A stretch of DNA of 64,000 nt from Longimicrobiales bacterium (lineage in GTDB: Bacteria; Gemmatimonadota; Gemmatimonadetes; Longimicrobiales; Gaopeijiaceae), in the NCBI GenBank assembly GCA_965249725.1, contig CBDFMQ010000002.1, positions 2,080,001 to 2,144,000 of the forward strand, in the 5' to 3' direction. The position numbers and the translations under genes were made by a program. Position 1 is the stretch's first letter, and every line of letters starts with the position of its first letter. Positions 1 to 9,739 of the stretch are shown piece after piece. The notes beneath the pieces were generated by a model, which worked only from the letters and a program-made list of their open reading frames with translations, had not been told where the DNA came from and made no database searches.

Positions 1-2
1 CC

Positions 3-1034
3 TCATGAGAACCTCCCTTCCCATGCTTCCTTCATCCGTCGACGATCCGGTACCAGTCCTTCGGCAAAAAGCAGTAGCAATGCCACTCCCAGGAACAGTT
101 GGAACTGCTCCTCGAACTGGGTTACCTGCCGGGCCTCGAGCTCGCGGCCGTCCCCACCCGTGATCTCGTCCACCAGAGGATCCAAGCTTGCTCCAGGCCT
201 TGTGGCCGCGAAGTAGCGCCCCCCGGTTGCGAGGGAGACGCGTTGAAGAGTCGCATCGTCCAACCGTGTCGTCACGACATTCCCATCCTCGTCCCTCTTG
301 AAGCCATTTCTCACCCCGGCCTCGTCGATCTCGGGGATGGGCACACCCTCGAGAGATCCGACCCCGACGGTATGGATCTGTATCCCTTCTTGTACCGCAC
401 GCTCGACGGCACTGTCGATCTCACCCTCGTGGTCCTCTCCGTCTGTGACGACCAGGAGCACCCTATGATCCGCGCTGCCCTCCTCGAACGCATCAAGCGC
501 CACGGTGAGTGCCTCGCCCAGGTTGGTCCCCTGCAGAGGGATCAGATCAGGATCCATCGCGTTGAGGAACATGGCCGCAGCCCCATAGTCCACCGTCAAC
601 GGTGCCTGAACGAAGGCACTCCCGGCGAAGGCCACCAAGCCGATGCGGTCGCCGTCGAGGCGCTGCAGGATCCGCATGATCTCGAGGCGGGCCCTCTCCA
701 ACCGGTTCGGACCGACGTCCTCGGCGAGCATCGAGAGCGACACGTCCAGGACGACCATCACATCCTGCCCCTGGCTCCGTACCGTCTCCACCCGGGTGCC
801 GAACTGGGGCCGCGCCAGCGACAACACGAGGAACGCCACAGCGACCAGCAGAAGGACCCCCTTGGCCACCCGTCCTCGACGACTCACGGTAAGGCTCAGC
901 TTGCGCACGAGCTCCAGGTCGCCAAATCGCGCCAGGGCCTGACGGCGCGCCTTGAGCGCCCCCAAGAAGAACGCCGCCAGTGCCGGAATCAGCAGGAGCC
1001 CGAACAGCCCCTCGACGGATGCGAAGCGGAACAC
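3..1034 (-). CDS. VWA domain protein, BatB-like
   Basis: MIDAS DVSLSM, DRIGLVAFAG, TDGED; N-terminal 'FRF..LLLIP' Bat-type segment. GTG start chosen at 1034, just after the upstream stop. Confidence 0.85.
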   Translation of the reverse strand: MFRFASVEGLFGLLLIPALAAFFLGALKARRQALARFGDLELVRKLSLTVSRRGRVAKGVLLLVAVAFLVLSLARPQFGTRVETVRSQGQDVMVVLDVSLSMLAEDVGPNRLERARLEIMRILQRLDGDRIGLVAFAGSAFVQAPLTVDYGAAAMFLNAMDPDLIPLQGTNLGEALTVALDAFEEGSADHRVLLVVTDGEDHEGEIDSAVERAVQEGIQIHTVGVGSLEGVPIPEIDEAGVRNGFKRDEDGNVVTTRLDDATLQRVSLATGGRYFAATRPGASLDPLVDEITGGDGRELEARQVTQFEEQFQLFLGVALLLLFAEGLVPDRRRMKEAWEGRFS

Positions 1035-1044
1035 GTCTCGCCCC

Positions 1045-2034
1045 CTACGGCAGCTTGCGGAGAACGGTCTGACCCAAGCCCACTTCGAGCACCAGCAGGA
1101 GAAGCCCTGCGGCCAGCGGGTAGTGGAACAGCTCTCCGTAACTGGTGAAATTCTGCACTTCGATCTCGGTCGTCTCGAGTTGGTCGATCTCGCGGTAGAT
1201 CTCGGACAGACCCTCCGTGTCCGTGGCCCGGAAGTACCGGCCGCCCGTGAGCTCCGCGACCTCCTGGAGCGTTGGCTCGTCCACATCGACCTGAACATTC
1301 ACATAGCGACGGCCCAGATTGGGATCGTCGATGGGGATCCGAGCCGTGCCTCGGCTACCGGCACCGACCGTGTAGACCTTGATACCGAGCGCCTGGGCCA
1401 TCTGTGCCGCGGTCACCGGGCCGATCTCACCGGTGTTGCTCCGGCCGTCGGTGAGAAGGACGATGACCTTGGACTCGGCGTCTGAAGCCTGCAGGCGCTT
1501 TACGGCCGTCGCGAGGCCCATTCCGACCGTGGTGCCATCCTCGATCATGCCGACTTCCATTTGGCCCAGAAGGTCCGTGACGACGGAGTAGTCGAGCGTC
1601 AGGGGAGCCTGTGTAAACGCCTGGCCGGCGAACACGACCAGACCGATACGGTCGTCGCGACGGCCGTTCACGAAGTCGGCCGCAACCGTCTTGGCCGCCT
1701 CCAGTCGGTTGGGTTCGAGATCTTCCGCCAACATGGAGCTCGATATGTCGACGGCCAGGACGATGTCGATGCCCTCGGCCGTGACGGTCTCTCCCGTGAT
1801 CCCCGTCTGAGGCCGCGCGAACGCGACAACAAGCGCGGTGAGCGCGAACACTCGAAGAACGAACAGTCCATGCCGGAACCGGCCCGTCCGTCCGATGTCG
1901 GCCTCCTTGAGCGACGCTACGTCGGAGTAGCGGATGGTCCCCGCCCGCTGGCTACGACGTGCGAGATAGCGGTACACGATGAACGGCACGAGGGCGAGCA
2001 GAACGAGCAGCCAGGGGTCTTCGAATCGATACAT
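1045..2034 (-). CDS. VWA domain protein, BatA-like
   Basis: MYRFEDPW N-terminus, ARPQ, DISSSM MIDAS, LLTDG, TGGRYFRA. Confidence 0.88.
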   Translation of the reverse strand: MYRFEDPWLLVLLALVPFIVYRYLARRSQRAGTIRYSDVASLKEADIGRTGRFRHGLFVLRVFALTALVVAFARPQTGITGETVTAEGIDIVLAVDISSSMLAEDLEPNRLEAAKTVAADFVNGRRDDRIGLVVFAGQAFTQAPLTLDYSVVTDLLGQMEVGMIEDGTTVGMGLATAVKRLQASDAESKVIVLLTDGRSNTGEIGPVTAAQMAQALGIKVYTVGAGSRGTARIPIDDPNLGRRYVNVQVDVDEPTLQEVAELTGGRYFRATDTEGLSEIYREIDQLETTEIEVQNFTSYGELFHYPLAAGLLLLVLEVGLGQTVLRKLP

Positions 2035-3056
2035 CAGGCGCCCTCGGCTCCAGCGGTCTCCAGGACCGGCTCGTCTGAGCCGTCGGGCCCGTCCGCGCCG
2101 TCGGGCGCCTCCGGTCCCTCGGGCTCATCCACTCGACCACGCGTACGATCGACCAACTCACGGGCGGCCGTCAGCGCCCCTCGGCATTCGTCCGGTGAGG
2201 GCCGATGCTTGGCGAATTTCACCATGTCGCACCGGCTCAAGAACTCGTAGAGGGCGGCCTGGACGTCGTCCTCCAGCCCGATCCCCCGGAGGCCCTCCAT
2301 CACCTCGCCCGTTGTCATCTCGAGGGCGAAGACGTCGAAGCGGGCCTCCACGTAGGTCCGGATGATCTCGGAGACGCTGATGTGGTACTCCTTGATCTCC
2401 GCTCGCTGGAGCAAGTCCGAAGCCTCCAACCGGTCGAGCGCCTCGTAGGCCTCCTCGTGCGGAAGCCGGGGGATGATGACCGATCTTCTCGACTGCGAGT
2501 CGTCCCCTCGGCCTCGTCGACGCCAGAGCCAAAACGCGAACGCGCCCAGGGCCACGAGTAGCAGCAGCCAGGTAAGCACATAGATCACGCTGATGGGGAT
2601 GCCGAGCGGGCCCCGAATGGCGCGGATGTCTCCACCCTCGTCCAGACCCACGCTCTGCACGGTCACCCCATACGGATCCGTGGCAACCGCGGTGGACGAT
2701 CCATCTGCACCCACCACGCTGAACTCGAAGCTGGGGACCTCGAGGTCACCGAGCTCGAAGATCGTCAGAGTGAGCAAGACCCCGGTGACGATTCGGCCCT
2801 CGACCTCCGTGGGAGCCAGAAGCTCGGCCCCGAGGATCTCGAAGGGGTCCAGGGACAGAGAGTCGGGCCAGACGACAGATCCTCCCGGATCGTGCTCGAC
2901 ACTGACCGTCAGCTGCAGTCGGTCGCCGACGCTGACGAGGGTCGTGTCGAGGCCCGTGCGAACACGCGCCGCCTGGGCCAAGACCGCATCAGGAGCCGCC
3001 GCGGCGAGCACCGTCGCCACCACAGTCCAAAGAAGGAGTCGCCGACCCGCGCTCAT
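2034..3056 (-). CDS. Bat-operon-associated membrane-anchored protein
   Basis: Signal peptide, Ig-like N-part, one TM helix, D-x-VKFAK C-terminal motif; lies between DUF58 and the VWA genes with overlapping stop/start. Confidence 0.7.
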   Translation of the reverse strand: MSAGRRLLLWTVVATVLAAAAPDAVLAQAARVRTGLDTTLVSVGDRLQLTVSVEHDPGGSVVWPDSLSLDPFEILGAELLAPTEVEGRIVTGVLLTLTIFELGDLEVPSFEFSVVGADGSSTAVATDPYGVTVQSVGLDEGGDIRAIRGPLGIPISVIYVLTWLLLLVALGAFAFWLWRRRGRGDDSQSRRSVIIPRLPHEEAYEALDRLEASDLLQRAEIKEYHISVSEIIRTYVEARFDVFALEMTTGEVMEGLRGIGLEDDVQAALYEFLSRCDMVKFAKHRPSPDECRGALTAARELVDRTRGRVDEPEGPEAPDGADGPDGSDEPVLETAGAEGA

Positions 3057-3931
3057 CGGAATCGCCTCTCCCGCTCCTTGAAGAAGCGCATTAGAGGTTG
3101 GACGTAGGACTCGTCGGTCTTGATGTCGATGACGTCTACGCGTCCCCTACGAAACGCACGCTCCAGCTTCTCGCGCGCGGTCACGGCCCCCTGTTCGAAG
3201 GCGGCACGGAAGCGGGCGTCCGAAGTGTTGACCAGAAACTGCTCGCCCGTCTCTGCATCCTCGAACTCGACATACCCGAGTGGTGGCAACACCTCTTCGC
3301 GCTCATCTCCCAGCCGCACCGCAATGAGGTCGTGCCTCCTACCCGCCACCGAGAGCGGTTTCTCGAATCCCTGGGACATGAAGTCGGAGACGAGAAACGC
3401 CACGGCACGCCGTCGAACGACATGAGTCAGGTATTCGAGCGCCCCCGCAATGTCGGTCCCCCGCCCCTCGGGCTTGTGGTAGAACAGCTCTCTCAGGACC
3501 CGGAGCACATGCGCCCTGCCCTTCCGGGGCGGCACAAACTTCTCGATGCGGTCGCTGAAGATGATCAGGCCGACCTTGTCGTTGTTCTTGATCGCGCTGA
3601 ACGCCAGAAGGGCGCAGATCTCGACGGCGACCTCACCCTTCATTCGCTCTCTCGTGCCGAAGTCGCCGGAAGCGCTTACATCCACCACGAGCATGACCGT
3701 GAGTTCGCGCTCCTCCTCGAAGACCTTCACGAACGGATGCCCGGTACGGGCCGTCACGTTCCAGTCGATGCTCCGAATGTCGTCGCCGTACTGGTATTCG
3801 CGAACCTCGGCGAAATCCATCCCGCGACCCTTGAATACCGAATGGTATTCACCCGAAAAGACCTCGTTGACGAGCCCCCGGGTCGTGATCTCGACCCGGC
3901 GGACCTTCTTGAGGATCTCGCGCGGGATCAT
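3053..3931 (-). CDS. DUF58 domain protein
   Basis: GEYHSVFKGRGMDFAEVREYQYGDDIRSIDWNVTAR, EEERE, DVSAS. Confidence 0.93.
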   Translation of the reverse strand: MIPREILKKVRRVEITTRGLVNEVFSGEYHSVFKGRGMDFAEVREYQYGDDIRSIDWNVTARTGHPFVKVFEEERELTVMLVVDVSASGDFGTRERMKGEVAVEICALLAFSAIKNNDKVGLIIFSDRIEKFVPPRKGRAHVLRVLRELFYHKPEGRGTDIAGALEYLTHVVRRRAVAFLVSDFMSQGFEKPLSVAGRRHDLIAVRLGDEREEVLPPLGYVEFEDAETGEQFLVNTSDARFRAAFEQGAVTAREKLERAFRRGRVDVIDIKTDESYVQPLMRFFKERERRFR

Positions 3932-4000
3932 GACCTCGACCCCTTTGGTGAGGCGGAGGGCCTTCCGGCTGCGGACGGGCGACGACGGATCACGTGGAGC

Positions 4001-5044
4001 CTACGGAACTTCGATGCTGTCCAGGACCCGCGTGACCACGTCTTCGGGCGTGACCTCTTCGGCCTCCGCCTCGTAGGTGAGCAACACCCGGTGGCGCATC
4101 ACGTCCAATCCGACTGCCCGGACATCTTCGGGCGTCACGTAGCCACGTCGCCGCAGGAAGGCGTGCGCGCGGGCCGCTTTAGCCAGATTGATGGTCGCCC
4201 GCGGAGAGGCCCCGTAATCGATGAGGTCCACCAAGTCGCCGAGCCCATGCTCGGCGGGGTCACGCGTGGCGAACACCAGATCGACGATGTACCGCTCGAC
4301 CTGACTGTCCATGTAGATCATCTGAACGGCCGCCCTGGCCTTCAGAATCTCCACGGGCGTGATGACGGGAGATACCTCGGCCATCGGGCCACCGGCCACG
4401 CGACGCAGAATCTCCAACTCCTCGTCCTTGTCGGGGTAGCCGACCGAGAGCTTAAGCATGAAGCGGTCGACCTGAGCCTCGGGCAGGGGGTAGGTCCCCT
4501 CCTGCTCGATCGGGTTCTGCGTAGCGAGAACGAGGAACGGGTCGTCCAGCGGGAAGGTGTTCTCCCCGATCGTGACCTGGTGTTCCTGCATCGACTCCAG
4601 AAGAGCCGCCTGCACCTTGGCCGGCGACCGGTTGATCTCGTCGGCCAAGATGATGTTGGCGAAGATCGGCCCCTTCTTGGTCTGGAATTCCGACGACTTG
4701 GGGTCGTAGATCAACGTTCCGATCAGGTCGGCCGGCAGTAGGTCGGGTGTAAACTGAATGCGCTGGAACTGCGTCTGGATCGCCTTCGCCAGTGTACTGA
4801 CCGTCAGGGTCTTGGCGAGTCCGGGCACCCCCTCCATAAGAACGTGTCCATCGGCCAGCAAGCCGATGAGAAGGCGCTCTACCATGTAGCGCTGGCCTAC
4901 GATGACGCGGGCGACTTCGTCCTGGAGGCGGCTCACAAACGCGCTCTCCTCCTGGATCTTCGCCTGGATCACCTCGATCTCCGCGTGCATGGCCGGAGCA
5001 CGCGGCGCTTCGGTAACGGTCTCCATCTCTTCTCGATCTTCCAT
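4001..5044 (-). CDS. moxR: MoxR family AAA+ ATPase
   Basis: EGVPGLAKT Walker A, RIQFTPDLLPAD, LADEINR, ATQNPIEQEGTYPLPEAQVDRF. Confidence 0.95.
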   Translation of the reverse strand: MEDREEMETVTEAPRAPAMHAEIEVIQAKIQEESAFVSRLQDEVARVIVGQRYMVERLLIGLLADGHVLMEGVPGLAKTLTVSTLAKAIQTQFQRIQFTPDLLPADLIGTLIYDPKSSEFQTKKGPIFANIILADEINRSPAKVQAALLESMQEHQVTIGENTFPLDDPFLVLATQNPIEQEGTYPLPEAQVDRFMLKLSVGYPDKDEELEILRRVAGGPMAEVSPVITPVEILKARAAVQMIYMDSQVERYIVDLVFATRDPAEHGLGDLVDLIDYGASPRATINLAKAARAHAFLRRRGYVTPEDVRAVGLDVMRHRVLLTYEAEAEEVTPEDVVTRVLDSIEVP

Positions 5045-5119
5045 CGGGTTCGTCCGGCTGTTTGAAATCGACGATTGAACAGCCAGAAAATATACTCAAC
5101 CAGGTGCTCCGTGGGATTA

Positions 5120-5149
5120 CCGTCGGGCAACACCGTCGGGCAACACCGT
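5120..5149. repeat. 13-bp tandem direct repeat (CCGTCGGGCAACA x2 plus partial) upstream of moxR
   Basis: Read directly from the sequence. Confidence 0.8.
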
Positions 5150-5197
5150 GGATGAGTCCTACCGATGTATGATTCAGGAAGAGGGGTGAAGGGTTTC

Positions 5198-5237
5198 CTC
5201 GGATCCCGGTGGCTCAGATGCTCACCGGGGATCCGAG
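5198..5237 (-). terminator. GC-rich inverted repeat just after the ABC permease stop
   Basis: CTCGGATCCCGGTG...CACCGGGGATCCGAG (one bulge); no clear U-tract. Confidence 0.45.
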
Positions 5238-5245
5238 ATGAACCA

Positions 5246-8014
5246 CTACTCCGCTTTCAGCGCCCTCACGGGATCGATGCGGCTTGCCCTGCGTGCCGGC
5301 ACGTAGGCGGCCAATAGAGCCACGCCGGCCAAAACCAGGGGCACGACGGTGAACGCTACGGGATCCATGGCGTCCACTCCGAACAGGAAGCTGGACAGCA
5401 GTCGAGCGAACAACGCCGCCCCGACCAACCCGACCACACCCCCGACTGCCACCAGCCCCAGCCCCTGCTTCATGAGCATACGCACCACGCTGCCCGCCTC
5501 CGCACCCAAGGACAGCCGGATGCCCACCTCGCGGGTCTTCTGAGCCACGGAGTAGCTGACCACCCCGTAGAGGCCGATGCAAGCCAGCGCCATGGCCAAG
5601 GCGGCGAATATCCCGGAGAGGAACACCGACAGCCTCGCTGGCAGGAGCCGCACGGCCAGATGTCGCTCCAGGGTCTTGTAGTCGAACGCCATGGTCTCCG
5701 GATCGATCTCTCGTGCCGTGGCGAAGAGCTGAAGGGCGACACTTTGAGCATCAGCCGTGGTCTTTGCGACCATCGTCAGGAAGGCCGAGTAGTCCTGCGA
5801 GAGCGGCCAGTAGATCTGGGGCCTGGGTGACTCTCCCAGGCTACGGACCTTGGCGGCTCTGGCCACACCGACGACCACGACCTCCTCCAGCTCGTCACCC
5901 TCCAGGAAGACGCGGCCCACCGCATCACCGTCGGGCCAGAACTGGTCTGCCATCGTCTGGTTGATGATCGCGACGCGCTGACCGTCACTCGTGTCGGTCA
6001 CGTCGAAGTCCCGGCCTTGGACCAACTCGATTCCCATCGCGCTCAAGGTGCCGGGTGAGACAGCAGTGTCATCGACGCCAAAGGCACTCTGGCCCGGGGC
6101 AGGCTCGAAACCCTCCACATTGATGCCCGTCGACGTCGTATTGAGCGGGTCGAGATGTAACCGCGTGATCATCCCCACTTCAGTGACGCCCCGAATCTGC
6201 CGGGCCCGGTCCATGAGGGTCTGGGCGAAGGCCTCCCCCTCCTCCTGGGAGAAGCGCGTCGTCGGCAAGCCGATGCTCATCATCGCCGTCGGTTCGTAGG
6301 CGAATCCGGGATCCACGGACTGGCTGGCCTGCAGACTCCTCACGAACAGACCCGCCCCGACCAAGAGAACCAACGATGCCGCCACCTGGCCCACCACCAG
6401 AGCGTTTCGCAGCGTGAGACGCTTGCGTACGCCTCCTCCGGTTCCCTCGTCCCGCAGGGTCGACGCCACGGCGGGGTTGGTGGCCTGAGTCGCTGGCGCT
6501 AGTCCGAAGAGCAGGCCGGCTGCGAGGGACACACCGAGAGTGAACAGCAGCACACGGGTGTCGAGGGCCAGATCCATGATGAGTGGCAACGGAAGTGGCA
6601 GATCGGCGTTGAGGAGCCAGGTGCGAGCCCCGTATGCCACACCGAGGCCGGCAAGGCCGCCCGCCAGCGACAGAATGACCGTCTCGGTGATCAGCTGCCG
6701 TACCAGGGTCACACGTCCGGCGCCCATCGCCAGCCGGACGGCGATCTCCTTGCGTCGATCGGTCGCACGGGCCAACAGGAAGCTCGCCAGGTTCGCGCAT
6801 GCGATCAGCAGAACGAGCCCGACCACGCCCATGAGGAGCCCGACGGCCGGAGCGAGAACCTGGTCGACCGAGGGGTGCATGATCACGTCGGCTGTGGGAA
6901 CCGCCACGAACCCACGGTCGACCGTCCAATCGGTGGGGTGCTCCACCCGGATGTCCAAGCTGACACGCTCGAGCGCCGCCTCGGCCTGGGCCAAAGTGGC
7001 TCCGGGCTTCAGCCGTGCCCTCCCGAAGTAGCTCTGCCAGGTCCGAGCCTCCAACTGGTCGACCTCGGCCGGCACGAGGTCGTTCACCATCATGTTGGAC
7101 GCATAGACAGCCGGCACCAGACCTCGGAAATGTCCCTTATACTCGGGAGAGACGACGCCGATGATGGAGAAGGAACGCCCGTTCAGCCGGATCTCCTGCC
7201 CCACGGCTCCCGGGTCGGCTCCGTACGCACTCTCCCAATACTCGTATCCGAGCACCACCACCGGGTGTGCACCGGGTGAGACGTCGTCTTCGGGAAGGAG
7301 GGTGCGTCCAACATGCGCCCCGATGCCCGATAGCGTAAAGTAGTTTCCGGTCACGACTTCGGCCGGAGCGAGCTGTACGCCGGCGTCCGTGTCCGTCTGG
7401 ATGAGCGAAAGGCGCGAGGCGCTCATCGCCGCGAACACGTCGGTCGTGCCGTCCTTCAGATCGCGGAACGTAGGATTCGACAGCGCGCCGTAGGGGAAGT
7501 CGTCGCTGCCTCCGTAGATCTCGAGCAGTTCGTCAGCGTCAGTGAAGGGCTGCGGGCTCAACAGCAGCTCGTTCACAACGCTGAAGATGGCCGTATTGGC
7601 TCCGATCCCGAGGGCGAGCGATACGATCGCCACCAGCGTGAAGCCGGGGCTACGCGCCATCTTGCGTATGGCGTATCGTGCGTCTCTTCCCATGGATCCC
7701 ATGCTCAACAACTCCTTGATTCCGCCGATCATCGTCTTCCTCGCCTCTCCGTCGTCACCCCAGGCTGCCCGGACATTCTCAACCTTTATCCGGAACCAGA
7801 GGATCATGGATTCCCTAATGAACCAAGAACGGGCGCCCAAACGCCCGTGGTAGCCCTCATACCCCTCGATGAGATCGCCCACGACGGCGGGCCGAGTCTT
7901 CCGACCGACCGCCCTCTCGACGATCCACCGAGCGACCCGGGGGACCGCGCTCGCATTCTCTTGTGAGTGCTCGGGTGAACCGGGCGACTTCCGCCCGCGA
8001 GGTGCGCTGGTCAT
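5246..8014 (-). CDS. Duplicated MacB/FtsX-type ABC permease (ADOP-like)
   Basis: SPGFTLVAIVSLALGIGANTAIFS, LLIACANLA, EIAVRLAMGA, PARRASRIDP; ATG at 8014 overlaps the padR stop. Confidence 0.92.
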   Translation of the reverse strand: MTSAPRGRKSPGSPEHSQENASAVPRVARWIVERAVGRKTRPAVVGDLIEGYEGYHGRLGARSWFIRESMILWFRIKVENVRAAWGDDGEARKTMIGGIKELLSMGSMGRDARYAIRKMARSPGFTLVAIVSLALGIGANTAIFSVVNELLLSPQPFTDADELLEIYGGSDDFPYGALSNPTFRDLKDGTTDVFAAMSASRLSLIQTDTDAGVQLAPAEVVTGNYFTLSGIGAHVGRTLLPEDDVSPGAHPVVVLGYEYWESAYGADPGAVGQEIRLNGRSFSIIGVVSPEYKGHFRGLVPAVYASNMMVNDLVPAEVDQLEARTWQSYFGRARLKPGATLAQAEAALERVSLDIRVEHPTDWTVDRGFVAVPTADVIMHPSVDQVLAPAVGLLMGVVGLVLLIACANLASFLLARATDRRKEIAVRLAMGAGRVTLVRQLITETVILSLAGGLAGLGVAYGARTWLLNADLPLPLPLIMDLALDTRVLLFTLGVSLAAGLLFGLAPATQATNPAVASTLRDEGTGGGVRKRLTLRNALVVGQVAASLVLLVGAGLFVRSLQASQSVDPGFAYEPTAMMSIGLPTTRFSQEEGEAFAQTLMDRARQIRGVTEVGMITRLHLDPLNTTSTGINVEGFEPAPGQSAFGVDDTAVSPGTLSAMGIELVQGRDFDVTDTSDGQRVAIINQTMADQFWPDGDAVGRVFLEGDELEEVVVVGVARAAKVRSLGESPRPQIYWPLSQDYSAFLTMVAKTTADAQSVALQLFATAREIDPETMAFDYKTLERHLAVRLLPARLSVFLSGIFAALAMALACIGLYGVVSYSVAQKTREVGIRLSLGAEAGSVVRMLMKQGLGLVAVGGVVGLVGAALFARLLSSFLFGVDAMDPVAFTVVPLVLAGVALLAAYVPARRASRIDPVRALKAE

Positions 8015-8343
8015 GTGTTCTCCTCCGTAACCTGATCCAAGCCCTTCCACAGGCTGAGGAGAACGGACCGAGACTCACGCAGCTTCGACAGCGCCTGGGG
8101 ATTCACGCTGACCATCCGGGGCGGCCGCCCGCCGCGGCTCTCGGTTGGCGCTCCCAGCTGCTGTCGGATCAGTCCCTTCGTCTCCAGACGCCGGAGGGCA
8201 ACGAAGACCGCACCGTGGCTCGGTCGCCTTCCGGTGTGCGCCTCGATTTCTTCCAGGATGGAGACCGCATAGGCCTCCTCGCCCAGCCGCAGCGCAGCCA
8301 GCAGCACCATCTGTTCGAACTCTCCGAGAGTGTCTCGACTCAC
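8011..8343 (-). CDS. PadR family transcriptional regulator
   Basis: LGEFEQMVLLA, LRRLETKG, RGGRP; coupled to the permease. Confidence 0.9.
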   Translation of the reverse strand: MSRDTLGEFEQMVLLAALRLGEEAYAVSILEEIEAHTGRRPSHGAVFVALRRLETKGLIRQQLGAPTESRGGRPPRMVSVNPQALSKLRESRSVLLSLWKGLDQVTEENT

Positions 8344-8352
8344 CGCTCCGCC

Positions 8353-8373
8353 TTTACTGACAATGCAAGTAAA
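8353..8373. promoter_or_regulatory. Candidate PadR autoregulatory operator
   Basis: TTTACT-N9-AGTAAA inverted repeat, AT-rich, 10-30 bp upstream of the padR start. Confidence 0.5.
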
Positions 8374-8544
8374 TGAGGCCGCAAAAGGCCGCTCATGGGA
8401 ACACTACGGGGGGGGTCGACAAGAAGTTTCCGAGGGGCGACTGAGTGTCGACCCCGCATCACTCGGCGCGGTCGGTGGCTCGCCTTTCCACGGGACGCTA
8501 CACTACCGCGCGGCCCGCGCAAACCCACCCACCGAGCGATCCTA

Positions 8545-9426
8545 GTGCCGGAACCAATCGACGAACCAATCGACGAACCAACCGACGAACCGACCGACGA
8601 ACCAACCGACCTCAGACCACCCGCAGACGCTTCGCCAGCGCGCCACAAGACCTACGAGATCATCTTCGGGAGCGAGACCTGGGCGGGTCGGACGTTCGAC
8701 ATACTCCTGCTCGTCGCAATCCTCACCAGCGTCGCGGTCATCATGATGGAGAGCGTGGCATCGATCCGCACGGAGTACGGAGCACTGCTCAGGGGAGCCG
8801 AGTGGTTCTTCACTGCGCTCTTCACCGTCGAGTACGTGACCCGCCTGTGGTGTGTGAGCCGGGCAGGCGTTTATGCGCGGAGCTTTCTGGGGATCATCGA
8901 CCTGCTGGCCGTGCTGCCGACCTATGTCTCCGTGCTGGTTCCCGGAGGACAGGTCATCACGGTGGTCCGCATTCTCCGTGTGCTCCGCGTGTTCCGCATT
9001 CTCAAGCTCGCCCACTACGTCGGAGAGGCCCGGGTCCTGGGTCAGGCGCTGAAGGCGAGCCGCTTCAAGATCACGATCTTCGTGTTCACCGTCTTGAGCA
9101 TCACGGTGATCGTCGGATCGCTCATGTATCTGATCGAAGGCCCCGCCTCGGGGTTCACCAGCATCCCTCAAGGCGTCTACTGGGCGATCGTCACCCTCAC
9201 GACCGTAGGGTTCGGAGATGTCACCCCACAGACCTTCTTCGGACAGACCTTGGCGAGCATCGTCATGATCATGGGTTACGGCATCATCGCCGTGCCCACG
9301 GGGATCCTGACGGCCGAGATCGTGGAGACCGCCAGGACCCAAAAGGGACCCAAGTGCCCCGGGTGCGAACGTGGCGGACACGACCGGGACGCGAGCCACT
9401 GCAAGTGGTGCGGCCGCACGCTCTGA
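8545..9426 (+). CDS. Voltage-gated-type potassium channel (ion transporter)
   Basis: S4 RILRVLRVFRILK, filter TTVGFGD, C-terminal CxxC...CxxC; start (GTG 8545) uncertain. Confidence 0.9.
   Translation: MPEPIDEPIDEPTDEPTDEPTDLRPPADASPARHKTYEIIFGSETWAGRTFDILLLVAILTSVAVIMMESVASIRTEYGALLRGAEWFFTALFTVEYVTRLWCVSRAGVYARSFLGIIDLLAVLPTYVSVLVPGGQVITVVRILRVLRVFRILKLAHYVGEARVLGQALKASRFKITIFVFTVLSITVIVGSLMYLIEGPASGFTSIPQGVYWAIVTLTTVGFGDVTPQTFFGQTLASIVMIMGYGIIAVPTGILTAEIVETARTQKGPKCPGCERGGHDRDASHCKWCGRTL
8551..8610 (+). repeat. 12-bp coding tandem repeat x5 (EPID/EPTD)
   Basis: GAACC(A/G)A(T/C)CGAC units. Confidence 0.9.
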
Positions 9427-9739
9427 CGACGGCGTCGTGGACCATCTGGGACGCATCGTCTGGTACTACCGGACCGAAGGCGACATCTGCGGGTTCGTTC
9501 AGCGGAGGCTGTACGAGGCCACCCGGGGCCGCTCGGATTCCAATCCAATCCACAATCATCGCACCGTTGACTCAGCTTGTGCGCAAGACCAATAAGCGCA
9601 TCGATTGGTCGCTGCCAAATACCCTTGCGCTCCCTCTCGCGGTGCGACATGGTGCGAAGCACGACGCTCACCCGCGCGGTCGAGGTTCCCACAGCTCGTG
9701 TGATCCAGACGACGCTCCAGGCCTGGTTGGAGATCCGCC

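Noticed and set aside
3098..4741. Long antisense or alternate-frame ORFs (also 14282-15706, 22501-23760, 57567-59096 and others)
   Set aside because: Shadows of well-supported genes caused by high-GC codon bias; no motifs.
8551..8610. Short repeats as a possible CRISPR array (also 5120-5149, 61479-61538)
   Set aside because: Contiguous tandem units without unique spacers; no cas genes.
9587..9610. GACCAAT-N10-ATTGGTC inverted repeat upstream of the Ig-repeat gene
   Set aside because: A single 7-bp dyad with no other support; could be chance.
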